DNA from: an uncultured virus (IMG/VR IMGVR_UViG_3300005827_000008)
Taxonomy: Duplodnaviria; Heunggongvirae; Uroviricota; Caudoviricetes
Direction: 5' to 3' (one strand)
Virus record (IMG/VR): IMGVR_UViG_3300005827_000008
Length of the DNA stretch: 64,000 bases
Position 1 is the first letter of the stretch; each line of letters begins with the position of its first letter. The notes under the pieces were generated by a model that was not told the origin of the DNA, made no database searches, and saw nothing but the letters and a program-made list of their open reading frames with translations. A program made the translations under genes and the position numbers. Shown one piece after another: positions 31,188 through 40,800 of this stretch.

Positions 31188-31661
31188 TGGGCGGACGGTT
31201 TGGGCAGGCTGCAAAACTTGACCAACTTTCTACCCGAACCAACATCGGCAGCTTGCTTAAACCGTAGGTTAGAAGCAGTTAATTAAACGTTGTGCGTGGG
31301 TCACGTAAGATAAATTGAAAATAAAATTATGGAAAATAAAAAAATAATACCAACCACATTTAGAAATACATGCGAAGATGACGAAAGTGAATTATTTGCC
31401 TTACTATTTCTTTTAGATGTTCAACAATATGTTTATTATGATAATGACGATGACAATGATATTTTGATGTTAGAAAATCATTTAAAGTCAAAAAATATTG
31501 AGTTTGAAAAAGGTCAAAGAAATAGAAAATATTTAACAATAAATGTAAAAACAGAACAGACATACGGTGAATTTATGAGAAGCAATCCACCTATTAATTG
31601 ATTGTCAAAACAGCGCTAAAGGCGGAAGCAAGCCAAAAGGTTTAATTTATTGCTTTCTAAC
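31186..31661 (+). mobile_element. Integron-like gene cassette 3A (gene 31329-31601)
   Basis: Arms ACGGTTTGGGCAGGCTGC / GCAGCTTGCTTAAACCGT; GTTAGAAGCAGTTAATTAAAC (31268) is mirrored by GTTTAATTTATTGCTTTCTAAC; left junction is AAT rather than AAC. Confidence 0.75.
31329..31601 (+). CDS. Cassette-borne hypothetical protein, 90 aa, very AT-rich
   Basis: ORF track; lies between the terminal inverted repeats. Confidence 0.65.
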   Translation: MENKKIIPTTFRNTCEDDESELFALLFLLDVQQYVYYDNDDDNDILMLENHLKSKNIEFEKGQRNRKYLTINVKTEQTYGEFMRSNPPIN

Positions 31662-31946
31662 GGCTGAGTATAACAGAAGGTGGGGATTAAAAGTACTGAA
31701 CCCCGACTTACCCAGAAAAGTAAATTAGAAGTACAATAGCTGAATGATGGAACTACACCCCACTTTTGGTTATACTTTGTTAGGTGTATGTAAAATTAAA
31801 GAATATGTACGAAGAAATTAAACAAGCCTTACTTGACAAAGGTTTTTCAGAAGATACAGCTTGTAGATTGGCTGAATTTATTAATGATGCTGGTTGGGAT
31901 ACAGTTAGAGATGCACTAAATGCTCTTTAATTTTATTACACCTAAC
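31659..31946 (+). mobile_element. Integron-like gene cassette 3B, tandem with 3A
   Basis: Arms GAGTATAACAGAAGGTGGGG / CCCCACTTTTGGTTATACTT; GTTAGGTGTATGTAAAATTAAAGA (31779) is mirrored by TCTTTAATTTTATTACACCTAAC. Confidence 0.8.
31805..31930 (+). CDS. Cassette-borne 41-aa protein (not in ORF track)
   Basis: MYEEIKQALLDKGFSEDTACRLAEFINDAGWDTVRDALNAL fills the space between the inverted repeats exactly. Confidence 0.7.
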   Translation: MYEEIKQALLDKGFSEDTACRLAEFINDAGWDTVRDALNAL

Positions 31947-32028
31947 TTGCGGCTTGGAGCGACAAATGTAGGACATTTTTCCATTAAACACTTAATTAAC
32001 AAAAGTTTGACTTAAATATTGTTTTAAC

Positions 32029-32373
32029 ATGAAAAAATTAGCACTTATTTTACTTCTTTTCGCCTCATGTACTGAGCCAGAAGAACAGTCTAAAGATGAA
32101 ATTTGGATAACACTAGAAACCGACCATGCTGTAAGCGGATGGGTTAAGTCATACAAAAATGGGGTAGGTTACATTGAAACCCTTTTGGTGTGGGACAGCA
32201 CAAACTTTTCCGGCACATGGTACATACAGAGCGACCGCCCGGATTCTTACGGTATTCACTTAGCCAATAAAAGTGAGGAAGAATACAAGGTTTACATTAC
32301 CAAAATTTCCGATGGGGTAAAGACAGAAAGAAAGTTTAACTCAGATGGTGGGTTTTTGGAAAAATCCTTCTAA
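32029..32373 (+). CDS. Lipoprotein
   Basis: Signal peptide with lipobox, MKKLALILLLFAS-C. Confidence 0.7.
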   Translation: MKKLALILLLFASCTEPEEQSKDEIWITLETDHAVSGWVKSYKNGVGYIETLLVWDSTNFSGTWYIQSDRPDSYGIHLANKSEEEYKVYITKISDGVKTERKFNSDGGFLEKSF

Positions 32374-32382
32374 CTTTGTTAC

Positions 32383-33210
32383 ATGATAGACCCGGTTACA
32401 GGCGCATTAATTGTAGGGACTGCAATAAACGCAGGTCAGGCTATCGGAGGCGCATCAAGAGCGGCCAAAGCCAAGCGTGAAATACGCAAGTTCGGCAACC
32501 CGCAGTTCACCGTAGCACCTCAATACCTTTCGTATTATGACAATGCTGTTCAGGATGCTGCTAACCCGCAAGGATTAGGACAAGAGGCTATTGGAGCCAC
32601 CGGGCAAAGAATAGCAGGGCAAACCACCCGTAATATTACCAATGCCAGAATGTTAGGCGGGGGCAATATCACAGGACAAGTAAATGCAGCCCTAAATAAT
32701 GCGGATGTGGATGCTTATACTGCACTGGCTATTGAAGATGCAGCCACAAGAGCCAGAAACAGAGAAATGGCTTTACAGCGTGTAGGGCAGGGCGCACAGA
32801 TGTTCCAAAATGTAAACAACCAGAACACTCAGTTAAAACTGGATACATTGAGGGCGTACGGTCAATCAGCACAAGAGGGTAGAATGTCCGCTAACAACGG
32901 ATTAAGCGATATGGCCAATACCGCAATTGGGGTAGGCGCAATGGGATTAGACCCGGAAATGTTTACAGGTAAAGCGCAAACCACAACCACACCTATGCCA
33001 CGGTTTAAATACCGTACCCCAAGTTTCAATATGTTCAATAACCCATCAGGATTTTCAACATATCCGGGCGCAGGTACAAGCACCACCCAAGATATTCAAG
33101 TTCCGCAACAACCCACCCCGATGTGGAACACTCCTGCCGAACCAATGGTTCAGCCATATTTTACCCCCTACAAACTGAACCCTTTTAATCCCGTGCGACC
33201 ACGCAGATAA
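32383..33210 (+). CDS. Internal virion/ejection protein (probable)
   Basis: MIDPVTGALIVG... G/A/Q-rich, typical of podovirus ejection proteins. Confidence 0.55.
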   Translation: MIDPVTGALIVGTAINAGQAIGGASRAAKAKREIRKFGNPQFTVAPQYLSYYDNAVQDAANPQGLGQEAIGATGQRIAGQTTRNITNARMLGGGNITGQVNAALNNADVDAYTALAIEDAATRARNREMALQRVGQGAQMFQNVNNQNTQLKLDTLRAYGQSAQEGRMSANNGLSDMANTAIGVGAMGLDPEMFTGKAQTTTTPMPRFKYRTPSFNMFNNPSGFSTYPGAGTSTTQDIQVPQQPTPMWNTPAEPMVQPYFTPYKLNPFNPVRPRR

Positions 33211-33216
33211 TAAGTT

Positions 33217-34815
33217 ATGGGAAATACCGGAGAAGCACTTGCATTAGGAGGCGTAAACAACCCACAAAATACATTTCAAACTGCGTTACAGGGGATGCAA
33301 GCGGGTGAGGTGATGCGTAACAGAAAAGCCGAAAAGGATGCTAAAGCCGATGCAATATTAAGAGAAAGCCTTGTAATAAAGCCAGACGGGTATATTCCCG
33401 CTATTTACAGTGAGGTAGTTGCTGAAAACGAAAGATTTATAAAGGACGCACAAGGGTTAAAAGAAAAAGTAGGGAGAAATTACACCAGCAGCCCAGAGTT
33501 TGCACAAAGAAAGGCTATGTACCTCAGTAAAATGGCTAATTTTAAAGAGGAAAGCGACAGGTTCAATTCTTTAAACAATGCTTACAGGGCAGGCACGCAG
33601 GTTGTTGATAGGGATTATATTGATGCGGGGCTGCAATCCGACTATAAGAAATACCTGTCCTATAAAAACGAATTAACGGGCGAGGGGGTTGATCCAAACA
33701 CAGGCAGGGCTAATGTAAGGGGTGTCCCGTCTTACAACCAAGCCGATATTCTCAAAAAGAATTTCAGCGAAGATGATATTGACCTGTATAACATTGAAGC
33801 GGAAACAAGAGGCTTTAAGGGAACCAAAGATTACATTCAGTATTACAGCATTAACCCAGATGCAGTAAAAAGAAAGGTTGCCGTTATAACCAATAACCAA
33901 CCGGAAATATTGGATTCGTATTTAATTGACCACAAAGCAGATGTAAACGCCCTAATGACCAAACTTGCCAATGCTGAAATTGCCAGAGGTGGAGTTCCAG
34001 ACCCGGTTTTATTAAGAAAAGCCGCAGCCCGGCAGTTGTACGAAGAAGACACCATGGAGCAACTAAAGAAAAAAGTTGGCTTCAAAGTTGACGTACCGCA
34101 ATACAAGCCAGAATCAAGCGGAAGTTCGTCACAGCAAATTCCTATCCCTACCTCTTATCACAATATGGCCAATGAAGTCATAAGCGGAGGCGCAACGGCC
34201 GAAACAGCAGCCGATGAGATTGCAAAAAAAACAGGAGGCAAGGTATATACTTTTAACAACGGAGCAAAAGCAATAGAACTGCCATTACCAATTGGTAAGC
34301 CCACGGACATATTAAGTATTCCAATGTCAGATATAATGGCACGTAAGGGTAGTGGAAGTTATTACAGTCCATTTCAGGATGAATCCGGTGACGTTCCAGT
34401 AAATGTTCAAAAGGTAACGATGGTTTACAAAATGCCAAACGGAGAAGTTGTGAACCCCGGAACCCCTGGTGCAAAACAGTATTATCAGGTGGTTGCGAAA
34501 CTGATAGATTCTGCCCCGCAAGGGCAAACTGGCGACCAGAACGCGCGAAGCATTTTTAACTTTAACGGGGCTACATTAAGCAGGGCGCAAAGCGATGAAT
34601 TAGTTAAAAACGCTCAGAAGGTATCAAAAGAACACGATAAGGTAGTGAAAATTCAGGTTGATGCCAGTGACCCGGTTCAGCAGACTATGCTGGGTAAATA
34701 CATTTACGGAGGCACTACCACAGAGTACAATAAAGCAAGGAAAAGCAGCACAGAATCCCCGGCAGCAGCCCCGGCAAAAACTACCACAAAGAAAAAGAAG
34801 CTACCCGGCACCTAA
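33217..34815 (+). CDS. Internal virion/ejection protein (probable)
   Basis: 532 aa, helical, between the small ejection-like gene and the giant protein. Confidence 0.5.
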   Translation: MGNTGEALALGGVNNPQNTFQTALQGMQAGEVMRNRKAEKDAKADAILRESLVIKPDGYIPAIYSEVVAENERFIKDAQGLKEKVGRNYTSSPEFAQRKAMYLSKMANFKEESDRFNSLNNAYRAGTQVVDRDYIDAGLQSDYKKYLSYKNELTGEGVDPNTGRANVRGVPSYNQADILKKNFSEDDIDLYNIEAETRGFKGTKDYIQYYSINPDAVKRKVAVITNNQPEILDSYLIDHKADVNALMTKLANAEIARGGVPDPVLLRKAAARQLYEEDTMEQLKKKVGFKVDVPQYKPESSGSSSQQIPIPTSYHNMANEVISGGATAETAADEIAKKTGGKVYTFNNGAKAIELPLPIGKPTDILSIPMSDIMARKGSGSYYSPFQDESGDVPVNVQKVTMVYKMPNGEVVNPGTPGAKQYYQVVAKLIDSAPQGQTGDQNARSIFNFNGATLSRAQSDELVKNAQKVSKEHDKVVKIQVDASDPVQQTMLGKYIYGGTTTEYNKARKSSTESPAAAPAKTTTKKKKLPGT

Positions 34816-34824
34816 ACTTAGAAT

Positions 34825-37800
34825 ATGCCACAAGACAAACTTGAACTTTTATACAACGACATAAAGAACGAATACGATGTTGGTTCTTTAGACGATTTTA
34901 GGGCGTATCTTTCTGACGATAAGAAAAGACAGGCTTTTTTTACGGACGTAGTTCAGCCTACTTACGATGTTAAGAGTATTGACGAGTTTGAAAACACATA
35001 CGGATTAAAAAAAAAATCCCAAGAAGTACCCTCTGGCGTTCCTTCTGCACCTACTGCAAAAAGTTCACTTTCTCCTTTCATATCAGCACCACAATCGGAA
35101 GAAGAACCTTTGAATTTACTGCAACAACAGCAGCAAAGGAACCCGCAAAAACCGATACCGACATTTAACGGACAGCTACCAAAAATTGACACAGGCGACA
35201 ATGCCGAAGCGGTTGTAAATGAAAAACTTTTAACCCAACAGGTTAAAGGGATAAAAGAAGCAACAAAAGATAAATTCATTTACCCTGACGACAACCTAAA
35301 ACGCCTAACTTCTGACGAAATAAACGAAGGGTTGCGCCAAATAAATGCACCCGCTTTTGTTGGGCAACAGCCAAGCCCCGAAAAGCCAGAAACAGAAAAC
35401 TATCAAATAGAACTTGGCAATATTTACAGGGATTCGGAAACACTAAGAAAGGATATTGATATTTACAGGGAACGGGGTGACGCAGAAGGAGAACAAATGG
35501 CTATTGATAGGTACAACGCCACAATAGGCGCAGCTAAAGAACTTGTAAAAAAATACCCCAATGCAATTAAGATTATACAGGCACAGCAGGACTATCAAAA
35601 AGAAGCCGACCAGTTTTATAGCGGGGCGGGTGGAAATCTATTAGAAGCTGGCGCAAGTTTCATTAATGGACTTTATGACGGGGTTGGTAAAATAGTGGCT
35701 TTTGCCCCACGTACAGCCGCGAATATTACAGGGGTGGAAGATGGGCTTTCCACGGCAGCCGCTGATGCGGTTGACGACTTTTTCAAAGCCCCCTTTATAA
35801 CTAGTTCTACCAAGTTTCAAGATGGCGACAAATTGAATTGGAATAAACTATTACCCGCAGTAGGGCAGCAAGCTGGAAATATGGGCGCATTGTTGTTAGG
35901 CGGTGAAGTATTGGGAGGCGGTGGCACAGGTTTGTTTGCCTCATCTTACATGACAACAAGGAATGACTATTACGATGCAGCAAGAGCCAAAGGGTTTAGC
36001 CAAGGCGAAGCAAATGCAATATCTGACGTATCCGCAGGGCTAACTTCCGTATTGGAACTCATATCCCCAAATACAGCAGCCTTTGCCCCTACATGGAAAG
36101 CTGATATGCTTGAAGAATACACCAAGCAATTAGCCAAAAGCCCTAAAAACGCAGTATCCAATACCATAACTTCTTTATTTGAAAAGGAGATAATACCAGA
36201 AAACGTACAGGAATTGTCGCAGTTGTTGGGGGATAAATTAGTGGAAACCGGGGCTGACTACATTACAGGAGAAGATAAGTTTAACCCGCAAATTAATCTA
36301 AACGATGTTATCAGCACGGTTGCCCTTACAACACTCACCACTGGACTAGTAAGCGGCACTGGTGTTATGGCTGAAAATAAACAAGCAAGGTCACAGGCTA
36401 TCTATGAACTAGCAAAGCAGCCCGAAAAAACACAACAGATATTACAAGACCAAGTTAACCAAGGTATAATTACCCCACAACAGGCTGAATCCGTTTTTAA
36501 GGTAGTGGCTGAGAACGCAGAAGCACAGGCAAAGATTCCCGACACAGTTCCAGAAGATTCAAAGGTTGAGGCAACAGAACTTGTTTCCGAAAAGCAGCGC
36601 ATAAAAGCAGAAATTGAGGGCAAAGATGAAATACTTTCAGCCCCGCAAAAAGAACGCATAAAACAGATTGACGAAGAATTAAAATCAATCGTCACCCCTA
36701 AAACAGAAGAATTAAGCACAGAGAATGAAATCCAAAAAACAGAGACAGCGCAAACAAGTATCCCCACCGAAAGCGGAATTGGTTTACAGCAGCGACTTGG
36801 GGAAGATAAGCCCACACCAGTAGTAGAAGCGGTTGTTGAGCCAATTGCAACAGGTGAAGAAGTTTCCCAAGTAGAAGCAATAAAAGCAGAACAGCAAAAA
36901 GAGTTAGACGCTAAGGTCAATAGGACAATCACAAATGATTTAATTGAAACTGTACTGCCCGAATTTGGATATAACCCGTCAGATTATCTAAAGAAAGATG
37001 GGGATTATGATACAGAAAAAATATCTACCGTATTTGATAGCATTGAAAGTCAAATTAACGCTAAATACGATGTAAAATTAAAGGACTTAGGGCAACCGCA
37101 GGAAGAAGTATCCCAACCCGTAGTAACGGCTGAGAGCGAAACCGAAGCACCCCAATCCGTAAAGGTAGAACAACCTACTGTATCTGAAACACCTAGTGCA
37201 AGTGATGTAGATAGTACGGCTAAAGCGTTGGATGGTATAGAGAGTTTTGAAACAGCAAAAGGTAGTATATACACAGTATTACCTAATGGTAAAACACAAA
37301 GATTTAAAACAGCTACCAAAGAACAAAATGAACCTAATGACTTAATCGTATTTGCTAAATTTGAAAATGCACAACAAGAACAAGACTTTCTTTCTGCACA
37401 AAATAGGCAAGATGGTAAAAAGCTATATGTAGTTGATTCTGCTGGAAATGTTTATGACACAAATGAGCAGGTAAAAGGGAAAGATGTAAGACTTGCTATT
37501 ATTAAAGATGGAAAAGCTATTGAAACAGTTGAAACATCTTTAGAACCCAAAATAGGTTATAATACTTTTGACCAAAGAAGATATGAAGAAAAAGGCGAGA
37601 AATATAGAAGCACTCATTTAGGAAATAAAGTAACTAAAATTACACCAAAAGCGGCAGAATCCCCACTATCTAAAGAACAAACACTACAAGACAATGGCAA
37701 AAACGAAGCCGAAAGGCGGGAAAAAGGGCGGCAAGATGTGCTGACCTCCCAAACGGAAGACACAGGGGGCGAAAAACCCCCTGTTGTTGAAAGTTCGCCA

Positions 37801-40800
37801 AAGGGGAAAACAGAACTTACCGTTGACGACATGGTGGAAGTAGGGGTATTCACAAGTGCTGAGAAGTTTGATATTGCATCTGGCTATGTGCAGGTGCCTT
37901 ATGACGACAAAGTAAACCTTACCGCAAAACAGCTTACCAAAGGTTTACAGGATATTAAGGACGGAAAATCCAACAAAGTAACGCAAGCCATAAACAGGTT
38001 TGTAGATTCAGTAAACAAAAAAGGCTTTGTAACAATTGTAAGAGGTTCTGGAAACGAACTTTACACAAGCAAGGTTGATGTGCCAGTATCGGTTTATTTG
38101 AATGGGTTAAACGAAACAGAAGTCAACAAAAGGTCGGACGAAGAAGTACAGACAATAATAAGCCAAAGCGAAGCCTTTAATGATTGGATGGATTCATTGA
38201 CAGATGAAGAAGTAGAAAGGCTATACACAGAAAGCGAATTATCAGGAATAGAGGCGTTAATAAATTTACAAAATGAAAGCACTAACAACACAGCAGAAGC
38301 GGGAACAACTAAAGAAAGCAGCGTTACAACACCTATTAAAGAAGAACCCACCAAAGAAGGACTAACTCCCGAAGAAAAAGCCAACCTTGAAAGTGTTGCA
38401 GAACAAGCGGGCGTAAACTTCCGTGAGGTGCAGAATGTTTACAACAAATACGGAGGCGACAAACCATTATCCGAAATTACCACCAAAGATTACCAAAAAG
38501 CACAGGAAAAAAGGGATAAGGCCAAAGTTGAAGAACGTAAGCAGAAAGCAGAAAAAAAGATTGACGATGCCGCAGCGTGGCTAAAAGATAAGTTAAAAAT
38601 TGACCTGCCCGAAGGAACCCAAAAAATGGGTTTTACTCAGGACGATTTAATAGACTTAGTTGCACGTGCCGCAAAAGTGTTAGTCAAAACAGGAATAACA
38701 GCACACGAAGCGGTTAGACAGGTATTAGCCTCACTAAAAGAAGGTGGTTTTATTGAAGATACTGAACAGGTTTTTGAGCAAGCCCGCCAAGCCGTTATAA
38801 GAGGCGGTGACTTTATCCCGCAAGCCGGAGAGCAATTAACGCCCACAGAACTTTATAACCAGTACTTAAAACTATACGACTTAGCCAGTGAAGATTTTAC
38901 CCCCACAGAACTAGCAGCAGAAGTATTTGACAAACCACAGCCGTTTGAACGGGAAATGGCAAAAACTGCATTAAGGAATAAGAAAGCCGGAGAAAATATT
39001 ACGTATTCACAATTTAAAAACAAGTTCTTAGGCATACGTGGTACTTTTTTTAACAATGCAGATTACGAAACATTAAAAGATATTGTGCCGGAAGAAATGC
39101 TTTACTACATTCCGGCAGGTACTTTTAACACCGCAAAAGAGTGGGCTGAACAATTAATCAATGATTATGGTTTTGATGCAGCCTATGCAGCAGCACTAAA
39201 ACAGGCTGAACGCGGATTGATAAACGTGAGTCCAGAAGGTACACGCCCGCAGTCCATGCTTGCGCTTCTTTCAACATTACAAAATTATTCAGAAGACAGG
39301 GCGGCTTATGCCAGAAAAGAAGGTAACACAGAAGCAGAAAAGGCGTGGGCTGACATAAACCAGAATCTTATCTTTATAGATTTAGCCATAAGAACTCAGT
39401 TAGGAGAAGGGTTGAACGCATTAAAGATTAACCTTGAAAACCGGAATTGGGGCGAATTACAGTACATCAACTCTTTTACAATGGCCAACAGAAAAGTTGA
39501 AGCTGAATTAAGGGATTTGATAGGTAAAGTAAACCGGGTAGTAAAAGAATCAGCCGAAGCAGTTGCACAGGATTTTGAGAAAAACGGCTCCACAAAAGCC
39601 ACTGCCAATAAAACCACGGAGAAAAAAGAAATAAGAAAACGACTCGACCAACGGGCAGAGAAGATAAAAACACTCTTGCGCAAGTCAATGGGTGGGTTAA
39701 ACTCAGGTATCCCGGCAGAAACAACCGAAGTATTTAAAGAAATAGTACTGTATGCAGTTGACTATATAAAGCTAAAAGCCCCAAGTTTCAAACAATTTAA
39801 AAAGCACCTAGTAGAGACATTCGGGTTCGAGGAAGATAAGATTGATGACAAAGATTTAAGAAGTAAAATTTACAACCCTGCCAGATCGGCCTCCGACCCT
39901 GAGTTTGCGGTAAAAGTAGGGGTAGAAGATTTTAATAAATTCATATCTGATATTATCCGTTCGCATTACTCAAAAACCACAAACACAGCCGGGCAACTGG
40001 CAAAAGAAATTCAGGCCAAAACAGGTATAAGCGAATCAGAGTCCAACCAGTTAGCCAAAGAAATCGAAAAGGCAATAACCGACTTAGGGGAGGTAAAAAA
40101 GAAGCAGATCATTAAGCAGAAACTATTCCAAAACTCTATTAAAAACGCGCAGATTCCGCAAAGTCAATTGGAGAAGATGATTGAACTTTCAAACTTTGGG
40201 GCGTTAGACGAAGAACAGTCTTTGGATTTGTTTAAAGAAAAGTTCAAGCTAAAAGAAGCAAGCAAAGAAACTATTGACAAAATCCGGGAACTAAGCAAAC
40301 AAGTAAGGGATGAAAAGGGCGAACAAGAGCAAGCCCGTTTGGTTCAGGAACTAGCAGATTATGTAAAAAACCAATCCACGAAAAACGGGGTATTGGAATA
40401 TTTATTGGCAAACTTCTACTCAAACATATTTTTGTCTATTGGGTCAAACGTGGCCAACGCTACATGGAATATGATGCAGATAGGTAAGGAAGGTTTAAAA
40501 GCGGCTGGCCTATCTATAATACAGGACATTAAAGGAGGCAAAGGGCTTTACACAAAAGAGGTAGCCAAAGCCACCGCAAGAGCCACGAATGCGGCAGTAA
40601 AAAACTTTGTTGAAGTAATATCAACGGGTGTTCCGTCTTACAAAGGAATGGAAAATATTAGTTCCAGAAATATTTGGGAACGGATAAAACTAGCCAAACC
40701 AACTAAAGGGGACAAATGGAATATCCGGGCTGCATACGGGTTTAAGGCTGCATTTTTAGGCTGGCAAAGATTGGCCGGACGGTTGTTGTTAAGTATGGAT

